This document shows, piece by piece, positions 25,472 through 38,973 of a stretch of 64,000 nt of DNA. The stretch is taken from the NCBI GenBank assembly GCA_010909165.1, contig MU008187.1:500247-564246 (forward strand). Direction: 5' to 3'. The translations under genes were made by a program, and so were the position numbers. The DNA is from Anthoceros angustus. Its lineage: Eukaryota > Plantae > Anthocerotophyta. The notes under the pieces are model-generated. The model was not told where the DNA came from. It did no database searches and saw only the letters and a list, made by a program, of their open reading frames with translations. Position 1 is the stretch's first letter; each line of letters opens with the position of its first letter.

Positions 25472-28400
25472 CTAGCAAAACGAAGAGACCTGGCCCCTCA
25501 AGTCTAACCCTGGCATCCCATTGGCCCGCAACAGAGATCCGTCGGGGCCCAGCAGCCCCCCTCCTCCAGGAAGCACCAGAGAGCTGGAGGGGCTCGGCTT
25601 GTTGTTCGGGTTCTGTGTGCCCTCGCTGTCTTTTACTCTCTGAACGTACTCGAAGAACTCGGCCACCTGTCTTGCGTACCTGCAATTGGCGTTTCGGCAA
25701 ATGGGTCAGAAAAGTAAAGCTCAACTGTGGGGGGAGTTTTGGCCAGTGACAGACAGGTTATGTACGCTTACTCGGCCTTTGCCTCCAGATCCTTGCTGAA
25801 ATCGATGTTGGGCTCGCAGTCCAGGACAAGAGCTGGAACCTGTCAGCAGGACAGAAGGAAAGAGTGACTATCCGTACCGCTTTCCCAGGATTCGGCACCC
25901 CATTAGTGTGAAGGATGAGATCAAGCCTACCTTTTGGATGCATGAGTGGACATTTTCTCCCTGCAAGTAGAACACCCGGTCTTTGATCCTCGAGGGCAGA
26001 ACTTCCTCTATCGCCCTCGGCCACTCGCTCACCGAGAACATATTACGTTCGGGCCTCTCAGCTGGAAATAGCCACTGTTCATGCTTCTCATGAAGACCTC
26101 TCAAGTACTCCAGTGTCACAGTCTGTTCCTCTGGTCTTTTCCGCATCTGTAACCGCCGATGACATGTATCTGGGCTGGCTCGCATATAAATGAATGCGTC
26201 CGGGACCAGCCCAGGCAGCGCTGACACCACAGGATCAAACCAGGAATCATATATGCTGATCTCCATTTCGCTCATCCATTTCGCCTCGTGCACAGCACGA
26301 ACAAACACCTGAGACAGACAAGGCCCATCCCTCGTTAGCGACAATTCTCCATCACTGCTGGAACACAAAATACACAACACATGCTTGAAGATACTAGTAG
26401 CAGTCCCGAAGCCAAAGAACAAAAACAATCAGAACTTGGCTTGCTGGCTGCTTTACCATGCGGTCACTGAACACACTCCTTTCCATCAGCCTCAGAGGCT
26501 TCAGCCCTTTAGCTGATTCCCTTTCCTGCATAAAGCGGGTAACAAATACGTAGTTTTGAAATGTGTAGGCATATCGCTGTGGCTCCTCGTAGAAGGCATT
26601 CAGAATGTTGAAATGATCTGGGCCTATGTCTTGCCATTTTCCAACCGGTTCTGGCACAACTTCTACAAGATCCCGCAGCTCCAACGTCTCATTTGCTATC
26701 CTCTGCAAAAACGTTGTTTTGCCCACACTGATATTCCCTTCTACACAGAAAGTGAGCCTCCTCTTTTGTCGGATGCCATTCTCCCCCTTCCCAGAAGGGT
26801 CCTCCTTGTCCAATTCCCCATCCACTGTCTCTTTGATGTAAGATGCTATACTCATGGCATGGTTCTTGTGAATGATACCAATAGAGCTCTTGAGGTACTC
26901 AACCATCTTATCTTCCTTCTCGTCTCTAAACTGGAAAACAGCACGAGAGGAATCAGCAAGAGAAAGGTACCTCAACTTTTATCAACCACGAATGAGCAAA
27001 CAATTGATCACACATGTCACAGCTACTAACACTTGGACAACATGCCGGCAACTTACATAGCACTCCTGCTCCCGCGACTCACCTTGTCCCGGTATAATTG
27101 TTTAAGCTCTTCCACCTTCAATATGCCTTTAGCAATAAACTTTTCCATGTTGCGGGGGCCAATTCCAGGCACAGTCAGCAGATCATGTAGCTCTGTGGGC
27201 TGCTTTGGAAATGACCCTGCCACTCGTCGCCTCCTCTCTGCCGGAATGCGCGTCTTCTCAGGACTCGGAGCACCTTCTTCAGGGGAAGCTGTTCCCAGCG
27301 ATTGCCCCAAACTAGTGTCTAGGATACCTGTGTTTGAATCTGAAATCAGGACATCAATCTGTGGCCAATCATCGACTTCGGCAGCCCACCTCTCTGCACT
27401 CGCACTTCCCAGCATGGGTGCCTCCTTTTCATTCGTTGTCTCTGAACCCATCAAAGTCTTCTCAGGTTCCACAGTTCCCCGCACACCACTCTCCTTGGAA
27501 CCTAGGCTTTCAGCTGAGTGTGCCTCCTCCTCGTTACTGTTGCACGAAAGAACTGGCGTCTGACCATTATGCCACAAGCCAGCCTCAGATTGGGATCCAG
27601 TCTCACTTTGAATCTCTGAAATCAAAGACCTTGTAACCACCCTTGCTGGTGTGGTGCTTTTCTCTTCATCCTTATCAGCAACAGATCTCAAAGTTGCCCC
27701 CCTTTCATCCTGAGCAGTCTCAGAACTGGCGACTACACTCTCTAACTTAAATTCCTTCACTTCATCCTCGGATTGAAGGGAAAGAATTGATTCACCGTTA
27801 ACAATCTCAGACCCTGTGATCCTAGTATCCAATCTCAAGCTATTCCCCTCCTCTTCACCAACCTCCATCCTCACCACCGTGCTACTCGACATAGTTACCT
27901 CGCTTCTATCTACAGCCAGGATTTCTGACCTAACTGCATTCCCTTCATCGCTATCAATCTCTAGCTTCAAGACCAGATTCTTCATGTCTTCTGTATTGCT
28001 TTCAATTGGACGGGGCCCTGAGCTCGGGCTAAGGCTCTCTGCTCTAGACAACACATCTTCATGATCTCCATCAGTCTTGAATGATGAAGCAAGACTTCTT
28101 AAATTGGCTGCAGCTACCATGTCAACAGTACACGTCCCGCCATCGATACTCTCAGAAGTGCCTACCTCATCAACGATCTCTGACCTGGCATCAGCTGCTG
28201 TGGTCTCAGGTTCATGTCCACTTACCCCCAAAATCTGATTCTCCCGTCCCGTTGCCTCTGCACCAGACTCTGACCTAAACCTAAGTGTGTCCAACACCCT
28301 TGCACCGCCTTCATCGCCAGCATTCAACCTGGAACCCGAGCCCTCTGAAGAGGGCTGCTGGTCCGGATGCAATTCCACACCATCCGCTCTGCCTTCAGGC

Positions 28401-29164
28401 GAAGCAGGCACCTTCTTGACCTCTTCTCCTCTCCATCCACCCAGAACGTTTGTGACCCCCGTATCCGCAGACCCCAAAAGGTTTCTGAGCATACCCATTG
28501 CCTTCGCACCCCAACCTTCCACCACCTTCCCATTCTCATCAATCACTTTCACACCAACACTCTCAGGCACTGAGATTTCGATCTGGTTAGCAAGCACAGC
28601 ACTCGATACCTCTTCAGTATCCGCAGCACCACGTACTTCTGCCCTCCCATCTGCCACATTTTCAGTTTTGCCATTCCCACCAGCATCTGACAGCTCGGAC
28701 CTGGGCCCCTCCCGTGAAAGCCTCGCCACGGAGTGACCAGCCCTGCTATGTTTGACAGCCCAGGAACCACGGAATCTGGAAGAAGGGAAGGGAAATCCGT
28801 CCTTCAAATCCGCCCGCGCTTGTCGAACCGTATTAACACCAGCTATATGCCCGACTGACAACTCGCCAGCACCTGAAACGAACCGCATTTCCTCACATTC
28901 AGCCTGACTCGAGAAGCATGCTCCACCTCTCGGGCCCTGCATGGAAGAAGGCAGACCAGCACAAGAAGCGACACGAACGCTCCTCTGTCGAACACGCCTC
29001 GGTCCATCGCTATGCAAGGTCCTCCTTCCACCAAAGACCTCCAAGGCTGGCACCTGATGCTTTGCAATTGTAGAAGAAGACTGGAGGGATACTGGCGCCG
29101 GCATGGTGTCAAGCAAGGCCCTTGCTGTTTGGCAACGTAGCCTTGGTGCTCGTAAGTATGGCAT
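25472..29164 (-). CDS. Deoxynucleoside kinase family protein (plant At1g72040-like) with a very long N-terminal exon
   Basis: HhH-like DLLTVPGIGPRN, P-loop CVEGNISVGKTTFL, YAYTFQNYVF, LMERSVFSDR and FIYMRASPDTC. First in-frame ATG is at 29164. Confidence 0.92.
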
Positions 29165-29645
29165 TAGTAACCTCCAATCATAGCTCGGGTCATCCCTCCC
29201 TGGTCTCGGATTTCGCACTCCACCGCCTGAGCACGCTTAGCTAATTTGTGATAGTACCTGTTTCTGGAGTCCTTCAATGCACTTCCCACCATCCTCAAGT
29301 CCACCTTCAATTCATGCAACCACGTACGTGTCCGCCATCAGCCTTATCACAACAGGCTCTCAAATGGAAGGTTTCAGCCTCATCTGCCGTGTCAAGCCGG
29401 TGCCGGAAGCGACCCCGAACGTCATCTCCAACTGCCAGTCCCAACAAGCTGAATCGACTCGCTTGGAAAACTCCTGGCGATTGCTCTTACAGCAACGCAA
29501 CCTGAGGGCCAAACACGGAGCCGGTTTGAAAGAAATCCCACGCGCGGCTGCGGCGGTGCCCTTGAACCCAGGATGTGGGATCGATCCCAGCAATCCAAAT
29601 CCTGCCCGTTGTGGCTGCAAAGGAACCACGAAGTCGACGTCAGCT

Positions 29646-29662
29646 AAACCCTAAACCCTAAA
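29646..29662 (+). promoter_or_regulatory. Tandem telo-box (AAACCCTA) in the divergent dNK/MSH5 intergenic promoter
   Basis: AAACCCTAAACCCTAAA lies between ATGs at 29164 (-) and 29846 (+). Confidence 0.65.
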
Positions 29663-29845
29663 CTCCTGTTGCTCCTGAATCGACGCACACTTGACATCCT
29701 GTTTTCTCAAAACTACTTTGTCGGCCGCAGTCAGCTGGCGGCGCTCTTGTTCGGCCCGTCTGTCGTGCTTTGGTTGGCGCATTCACCGATTTCGATTCCA
29801 GTTTTCATGACCTATCGGCTGATCGGTCCTTTCTATCGATCAGCA

Positions 29846-32800
29846 ATGGCATTTCCTCGCGGTTCCAAGAGGACTGCGTGTGGCCAGCCAATTAGTCCGT
29901 CGAGCGCTTTCATGTCGTCATCGAGCCTGCAGAGTCCAAGCTGCGTGAAGCCTTCTCTTCCTAAACCGGAAGCTGCCACTCCTGAGCCGGAGGAGTTGGA
30001 TGACTCGGGCAATATGTATCCGTCTCAGGTCTGATCTTCATACAATTCCCTGAAAATACATTGCCGCAGATCGTCCTGGGAACCGACGATCGTGCGAAGG
30101 CACAGTTCTGCATTCATTTCAAGTGCGGCTTCATATTTGAGAAATATGCGAGGTCGCAGAAGGAACGTGACTTGTTGCTTTCTGTTTTGTCAGATTTTCA
30201 TGGCAGCTTTGCAACAAGGAAACAGGTGATCTGAAGGGATAGAGCTAGCATCAAAGTGGATGAAGGAATTAAGACGGAAGGAATAAGTAACACGCTCTCC
30301 ATTTCCCTTCAGGATCGGGATCTCCTTCTACAACGCGGATACGCGACAGTTGCTCGTTCTGGATACTTGGGAAGATGCTTCTGAAGATTTTCCGACATTG
30401 CAGCTATGTCAGTGGTCTATTTCCAATAGAAAAGCTGCTTTGCTCTCTGCGGTTCAGGAAGCCACAAATTCGACTCCGCTCCTTGCTAGACATTTGAACG
30501 CTTATCCAGCACGCTTGTCGACATGGCATTGTTCTCCTGTTTTAATTCGCTGTCTCCCTTTCTTGTCGGGGCCGTGATTACGCATCAGTGAAGTACCAGG
30601 AGCAGCCAATGATCATTTACACGAGCGCGAAAATGGACGACACATTTGTTGCTGCACTCGAGAAGAAAGGTTGTGATTACTGACAAAGAGGCACTGCAAA
30701 TCCGCAGAATTCACGACGGAATACTCTAAGACGGTGGCTTGATTTCTTCGTCGCTGCACAGTCTCTGCCGATGAGGGCCCTGAAGTGAAGATTGTCAAGA
30801 GCTCCGTTTTCGGCTATGAGCAGGCCCGGCACCGGTCAGCTATTGATTTCATGGCATCATTTTTGTGCATGCTGTGACTTGTGTACCAACTTCGACATAC
30901 GCTACAGACTGGCGTATTTGCGAATATCAGGAATGCCTCCAGACCTGAACGACAAGGAGAGAATGCAAGTTGTATGTCTCCAACCTTCTTTGAGGCTCTC
31001 TTTCTCCATCTAGGGATGCGATCACGTTGCTGAACAAAATCTAATTCACGTAGCTGAACACGATGATAAATATGGAGAGCGACATGCAAGTTCGTGCTGC
31101 TGGTGGGCTTCTGGTTGTACTCGAGCAAGAGTCACTTATCTATCCTCTGCAGAGTGAGGAGTATGACAGCATGGAGATAGAAGTGGCGCAGATCTCTGAA
31201 CTTTCTCTGTATCCTTCTCATAACCAAATCCTTGTGGCAAAACTTCATCGCTTGCAGATTCATGCATTGGGATCTGATATACTGAATTGCTTGTTGGATT
31301 TCAATTTCAACGCAGGAACGGATTTTTGAAGGTGGATGCAACAACCCATGACGCTTTGCAGATCTTCCAGGTTGATAAGCATCCAAGCTTCATGGGTATT
31401 GGGCGAGCTAAGGAAGGGTAAGCTGGCCTCACACCATCAGCCTTGATGCAACTTAACAGACCTTTGTAGGCAAATGAGTTGGTCACATCGATCAGTTGCT
31501 TGCATGACAATATCCATGCAGGTTCTCAGTCTTCGGAATGCTAAACAAGGTATGTGATGTCCAAGATCCATTTCTCAAACAGGAACGGTATCTGAATGCT
31601 CAGACGAGAAGATGTCTGCACAAAAGGTTCCTGAACAGTAGTTCCTGAATTGTCTTCCCTTTTCAGTGTGTCACAATGGTTGGCCGGAGACTAATGAGGT
31701 AGATCTTCTAGTAACCCACAGAGTGAACGCGGAGCTAGTTACCTTGACTGAGGGCAAATGGGATGTCTCTCTATTGGGTTCAAGACTTTCCGGCCTGCAA
31801 AAGGTGAATATAGTCTTCATGATATGGCTGTGCAGGCTGTGGTTCTTAAGGCCAATTCTTGATCTTGAAGCCCTTAACGACCGTCTCGACACAGTATCCA
31901 ATTCCTCACATATATTATGCTGTAAACGGAATACTGGTTTGAGCAAGATTAGCTTGACACAATTTTCCTTGACATGCACCCGGATATCGTTTCTGTTGGG
32001 CATGCCGGATTTGACATTTGCTCTACAAAGTGCATTGAAGCGGGTGAAGGATATTCCGCATCTGCTAAAGGTGCACCTCAGAAAACTCTTAAGCATTAAA
32101 TTGTAACAGGGTACGATTGTAAGTTCAAGGGATGTCTCTACTTAGTTTGGTGCTCATTTGGACTATGAGTTCAGAAATTCAGCTCTCCAAGTTCCCTGTC
32201 AACATCAAAGGACTGGCTAAAGTTTGTGGAGGTACTTAATGCTGTTAGGCTGGGTGCATTTGGGCATGAGACAAGACACAATGCAATATTTGAAGCACAA
32301 GGTTGCTGATAGAGGCCAAGGCTATGCTGCTTGGACTCAGTAAATATGATCTTCAAACTGTATGGAAGTCATTCCTGGAGTATTAACCACCGTTTCTGTT
32401 TTAGAGTGTCAGTTCTCTCCTGCAAATTAGAAAGATGTTCACTGTCACCTTATCTCAAAGGCAAACAGACCAGGTTGCCGCTCTGAGATTGCACATCGTT
32501 AGTAAGGTGACTGTTTGGGCGCATCAGATGTATATTTCATGAGTCCGAGCTCGAGCTTTACATCTCTAGCTAGTGAAGAGGCGGTTTCTGAGTTTATGAA
32601 ATGATTAATCTGACCTGTCAGCATACAGGTTGTGCACTCACAAGACGGAGATCTCGTTCAAGTCCTTGAGTTGGTGGGTAATGAGATAAACGTCATGCTC
32701 ATAGCTCAGTGTCTCAAACTGCTGTTCTTAACATGGTTGGTTTGGTTATAGATTAATGGGGTGATCGACTTTGAAGAAAGTTTAGGAGAAACCTGTGACA

Positions 32801-35800
32801 CGATGATCCGACGTGGCATATCTCAGGAGGTTCAGTAGGCATGAAACCCGTTTAAGTTAAAGATCCAGTTTTTCTTTTTACGGCTTCACTTCGAACTAAG
32901 GGCCTTCTGAGGGCCTTAGTTGTCTAACTTTTTACTACTTCCTTTTAAGCGTAACCAGCTTGATGAGTTGAAAGAGGCGTTTGAAGGGCTTCCAGACTTT
33001 TTGAATCAGGTATTTGTTGGACACATGCTTGGATATCGTGTTCCGAGTTGCAGAATAACTGCAAACAGCCATCATCAGCGTCTCTGACTTTCATGTAGGT
33101 GGCTGACGCTGAGATTAGCCGGCTGCAAAGTCAGGCTCAACAGCCAGGGGAAGCTTGCATTGTGTACATCCCGCAAGTTGGTGAGTAGTCACTTTTTTTG
33201 CTGAATCAGATGACATTGGGAACTTGTTTATCGGGGAAGTCACTCCTTGTTTGCAGGATACCTGATGCACTTCACCAAGGCAAAACTCAGTGAAAATATA
33301 CTCGAAAATCTACCAGATTTTGAGTTTGCGGTATGCCCCTCTCCAGCATATAGTTCAGGTTCAGGTCTCAAGGAAACATTAGAGTGTGTGTTTAGGAACT
33401 GCTGGTGAGTTTGGGACTTAGCCTTGCAAGACTAAAAGTGTGCGCTTGCTGTATTCAAGTTTGAAGGAGGTGAGGATGACGATCGGAGATTTTTCTACCA
33501 CACTTCAAAGACACGGCAGCTGGATGATATGCTGGGAGACATCTACCACAAAATCCTGGGTTTCTAGCCATCTATCTCACTTGCGGCATTCGAGCTTGTC
33601 TTCTGAAATGTTTTCAATCCTTAAAATTGCTGGAGTTCCTGGATCATTATGCTGCAGACATGGAGCACGCCATTTTGGAAACGTTGCAGGCAAAAGTTGC
33701 TGGTTTTGCCCCATCCTTGAACGAGGCCACAGGCGTTGCAGCCGAACTGGACTGGTTCGTAGCTCATCCTCCATACCTCGATGGACGGCTTCGCTAATGA
33801 GGCTAGCGAATTCGAAGGAGTGAACGCAGACATTGGAGTTTTTTGTTACGATTTAAATCAAGGTACTGTTGGTCCCAGTCTTGTAGCATTGGCTATCAGC
33901 GCAGCAGAGTACAAGTGCGTCCGACCTCAGCTTTCGGAAGACAACATCTTGGTTATAAAGAGCGGGAGGTTAGCAACTCCGGAAAGCTTGAAAACTAGAA
34001 GAGCAGCTATATATCCATGAGCAGCTATATGTATTCATGACGTTTTCAATGTCTGGCCCACAGACATCTGCTCCAAGAATTGACAGTGGACAGGTTTGTT
34101 CCCAACGATACTGTGGTAGAAGATGGTAAAGACACCGGTAAGGCATTAAGTTCTTCCTCGTATGGTTTGATGAGCGCGCTGTGCTAGTTGTGCCTCTCCT
34201 AGTCCACGAACGGTGTTCCTGTTGACTCGCAGGAAGAATAAATGTGATATCTGGCCCCAATTGCTCTGGGAAAAGCATCTACTTGAAACAGGTGGGCACA
34301 GTGGGCTTTCGCTGTCCAGAGATTGCCCAAACCACGGACGTTCACCTTTGTCCCATCTGTAGGTGGGACTCATCGTCTTCCTTGCTCATATAGGGAGCTT
34401 TGTCCCCGCCGACGAAGCGGTTGTCGGTCTGACGGACAGGTACCACTACGAGACGCTGTCGGACGCCCATTTCTATCGACCCCACAAAGCCAGTAAGAAC
34501 AGAATGCCCGGGTGCAGAATCTTTAGCAGAGTGGCTGGCAAGGAAACTGTGCAAATTTCGCGGTCAGCCTTCATGATTGATCTCCACCAGATTTCGGTTA
34601 TGCTAAGGTTAGCCCCATGCTATAATTCCTTGAAGGGAAATGGTTGAAGCAGGAAGTAGTTCCGATTTCCATGACGATAGACCATAATGTGAGCGAATTT
34701 GTTCATGCCAGGCATGCCACATCAAAATCCTTGTGCCTCTTGGACGAATTTGGGAAAGGCACACTAACAACAGGTTTTGTCCTCAAGAAGAAACCATTTG
34801 CTGAAGCTCCGTCGGAAGGAAAATGCCCATCTTGACTGATGCCGTGCAGATGGTATTGGACTTCTGTGCGCAACTTTGAAGTATCTTGCTTCGTATGAGC
34901 TTCCTCCAAAGGTTGCAAGCTTTAATCATGGAGCTCACAAGTAAAGACATCTGCAAAGCTGTTTGTGTTCGTAACCTGTCGCGCATACTGGCAGGTGTTT
35001 GCGACAACCCATTTTAGCGAGGTGTACGATGCTGGTATTCTGCCAAAGGTAAATGCAATATTGCGGTGTTAGCCTACATCTCTAGGATTTGAGTGATAAT
35101 GGGGAGTGGTCCTCTGTTCTGCAGTCCGAAAGCATCTCCTTCTTCACTATGGGCATCGTTGAACCAGATCCGTCACCAGCTAATGCTCTGGGCGACGGAG
35201 ACATTGTGTTCCTGTACCGGTACCTGCTACCTTGTTCTTTCCCAACTTCGTTCTCGCGAAGCAACCTTTTCCACAACCCAAGTTTGAGACCAATGGGTTG
35301 AGGCTTCCAAATTTGTGCTAATCCGCTGAGCACCTTCTGCAGGATTCTACCTGGTCATGCAACCCCAAGCTATGGTGAGTCGAGTGAGGCAAGCGGCTGT
35401 ACTGTCGATGCTTCTAGCTTCGTTCTGGAATCCCATCCTCACTCACTGTCATGGTTGATGCAGGACTTCACTGCGCCGAGATTGCAGGTAAGTGTTCCCT
35501 CCCTGCCGAAGATACCTCGACAGCAGACAAATTCTGGCCGGAACAAGTTAGGATGCGCAGTTCCACAAGTTATTTCCGAACCAGCCCTTCAAATAACGCA
35601 GTTCACTGTTTCGTCCAAGAGCAGGAATTGCACATGAGATACTTCATCGGGCTGCGGAAGTGGTACAACTGCTGAAGGAGTGCAGACCTATCGAACGTCT
35701 TCAGAACGCCCGTACAGATCTCAAGGACAAGCTGTACAAGGTGCAGTGACCCCCACTGTAGTTAATCCTTACTCAGACCTTTGGACCGCAGCAGGTTACA

Positions 35801-35929
35801 GTAGACTAATTCTGGTTAGCACAGGACTTGGGCCAGAAGCTTCTAGCATTTGATGTGGAGACTGGAGATGTCACAGCCTTCTTGAACGACATTTTCTCCG
35901 TCGTCAATCAAGCCGAACCTCCGACATAA
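29846..35929 (+). CDS. MSH5: MutS homolog 5 (meiotic), many short introns
   Basis: LQIFQVDKHPSFMGIGRAKEG, LWFLRPILDLEAL, TRQLDDMLGDIYHKIL, NVISGPNCSGKSIYLKQ, AFMIDLHQ, SLCLLDEFGKGTLT and GLHCAEIAG match plant MSH5. Confidence 0.93.
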
Positions 35930-36063
35930 ACTAGCTCAAACTCTCAGCGACGGTTGGAGGATCAAAACCTTATATAGTTCGGCTCTTCCTTTTCCTGCCT
36001 AACGCAACCCTAACTTGTGGTAAACGCACGACCAACCATCGTTGGTAGAAGCCCGTGGGGAAA

Positions 36064-38195
36064 ATGGCGGAGGAAGAGGAGAAGAATCCGCGCCCTTTGG
36101 ACGAAGATGATATTGCCTTGCTGAAAACGCACGTAAGCAACTGTCTGCGCGCTCCTGCGCATCGATGTCGGTTTGAACGATGTAGGGAGCGCTCACATGC
36201 TACTTCAATTTGGTCGCAGATCCTGGGACCGTATGCCTACTTGATTAAAAAAACGGAGAAGGACATCAAGGAGAAAGCCAAGAGGGTCAATGATTTGTGT
36301 GGTGCGGGCCTCTTCTCCAGCTGAAATTCGTCGAAGTCTTTGACTGACAAGCTGAATTGCTGTAGCTCCGAATTCTGAAATGCTTCTCTCCTCCCAGGTA
36401 TTAAGGAGTCAGATACAGGCTTGGCTGCTCCGAGCCAGTGGGATCTGGTTTCCGATAAGCAGATGATGCAGGAAGAACAGCCTTTACAGGTTGCTAGGTG
36501 CACGAAGATCATCAATCCAGGAGCTGATGACTCCAAGTATGTCATCAACGTTAAGCAAATCGCTAAAGTGAGCAGTTAGCTGAAACTCTTAAAGTTGTGG
36601 TTGAATTTTTGTTTTTATTTTATTTTTTGTGTTATGCATTGCAGTGGTCCTGTGTAGTTTTGATGTCAATCGGGCTTGCAGTTCGTGGTTGGACTGGGAG
36701 ATCGGGTATCCCCAACTGATATAGAGGAGGGTATGCGTGTGGGGTATGTGCACCAACCCATGTGCTGTGAACTGGATTTTAGTGGATTTCGTAAAGCAGG
36801 ATCTAGTCTGTGGCGGGATATCATTTGTTGACTCTGTTTGTACATGTGCAGTGTTGACAGGAATAAGTACCAAATACAAATTCCCTTACCCCCGAAGATA
36901 GATCCCAGTGTCACGATGATGACTGTGGAGGAAAAGCCAGACGTGACATACAATGACATTGGTGGCTGCACAGAGCAGATAAATAAAATGAGGGAGGTGA
37001 GGACTTGACGTTTGCTAACTACTTACAGCCTCTGCTTGAACTTTTGGACTTTTTGACATCTTTATTTCCTTGCCACTGGCAGGTAGTTGAGCTCCCCATG
37101 TTGCATCCTGAGAAGTTTGTCAAGCTGGGGATTGACCCACCCAAAGGTGTCTTGTGTTATGGGCCTCCAGGCACTGGAAAGACGTTGCTGGCACGAGCAG
37201 TCGCAAATCGTACCGATGCTTGCTTCATCCGTGTTATTGGTAGTGAGCTTGTACAGAAGTACGTTGGAGAAGGTGCCCGAATGGTCAGAGAATTGTTCCA
37301 GGTCCAACCACTATCTGTGCCTGTGTCTCCTATTTGAGTGTATACCCACTGATGACGCCTACACATGTGTGGTGAGAGCGGATTGAGAGTTGCCAGCCTT
37401 TCTATTCAAAATGGTGAAGTCTCTGATGTCCTTGTGGCGTACGGCAGATGGCAAGGTCGAAGAAAGCTTGCATTGTTTTCTTTGACGAGGTAGATGCTAT
37501 TGGAGGAGCACGGTTTGATGACGGGTTGGGTGGGGACAATGAAGTACAACGCACTATGCTTGAAATTGTGAACCAGCTTGACGGATTTGACGCAAGAGGG
37601 AACATCAAGGTTCTGATGGCAACTAATCGGTGAGATGCAACAAACCGTGTTAAACCAATCAGTGGTTTTGTTGTTAGCTCGCCCAATATTTGTATCATCC
37701 CGGTCTTTGTGGGTCATGTACTGTTATGAGTCATCTGAGATTTGCGCTCCTTCCAGACCGGACACACTGGACCCAGCATTGCTGCGGCCTGGACGGCTGG
37801 ACAGGAAGGTGGAATTTGGTTTACCGGATCTTGAGAGCAGAACACAGATTTTCAAGATCCACACACGGACAATGAATTGTGAGCGGGACATCCGATTTGA
37901 ACTTCTTGCCCGACTCTGCCCCAATTCCACAGGTATGGTAATCCTGGCATCGAGGCTATCAATGCTCATCAGTGGCTGTTTTACTTGTCGTCCAGTTAGA
38001 TGCCCTGCGTTCTCACTCAGTGCCCAACGTTGTGCAGGTGCGGATATCCGGAGTGTGTGCACCGAAGCTGGAATGTACGCCATCCGAGCACGGAGGAAAA
38101 CTGCAACAGAAAAAGACTTCCTGGAGGCAGTGAACAAAGTTATTAAGGGGTATCAAAAATTCAGTGCCACACCGAAGTACATGGTGTACAACTAA
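36064..38195 (+). CDS. RPT1: 26S proteasome regulatory subunit 7 (RPT1), copy B
   Basis: [21 protein letters not shown] through [12 protein letters not shown]. Same exon structure as copy A. Confidence 0.96.
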
Positions 38196-38973
38196 TTAGT
38201 TGGGAATAGGAAAGCACGACCATTTATTCGGCCTCCTCTCGAAAATCTTGGCTGCTCTCTTGCTTGTGGGGCGCCCTGTGATAATTGTAGTCCATGCAGA
38301 CTTGTCGTCGGCATCCCCTCAAACACCAACCGTGCTTACACTCTTGGGAAACACGTCTTGCCACACTCGAGAAACACGTACATGACGCTGTCTGCAAGAT
38401 GGGAGATCTTCATCCTTCGCTGAATGCCCTCCACACTTCACCAGCTTTCACAGGCGGATACCATTGGTCGAAGAACACCATCCAAGGTCCTTGGTCATCA
38501 TCAAAAACTGTTTTGCTTTCTGGTAGCCAACAATGGTACCTTCAGGCTCCCCTCTTTCGGCATCCATGCGCTCAGCCCCAGAAATGGCTGGAATTGTGCT
38601 GCCATAGATCCTCTTCTTGCATGCCTTACCTTGAGACCACAATGTGGTGAAGAAAGAAGTGCAGCAAGTTTCGCCGACGAGCGCGCGAGACGAGTCGGTT
38701 TAGGCCCCGCCTCTTGTCCCCGTCACGGGACTCTGATTGACAGTTGGTTGGTCACCTCCTCCGGCCCTCCGGCCCTCCGGCGTGTTCAGTCAGCACCGCG
38801 GGTTCGAACTCCACCTCGGTGCCGGGTTTACGTTTCCGGACCGCGTCCGCCATCCTAGAACTAGACTCGGTCGCGCCCACCCAATCATTCTCGCTTCTCC
38901 GCTTGCTGCATTGCGTTCCTTCCCAGTCCGTTCAGCTGAGGGAGTGAGGCCCAGGTTCCCGCCGTCTCGCATC

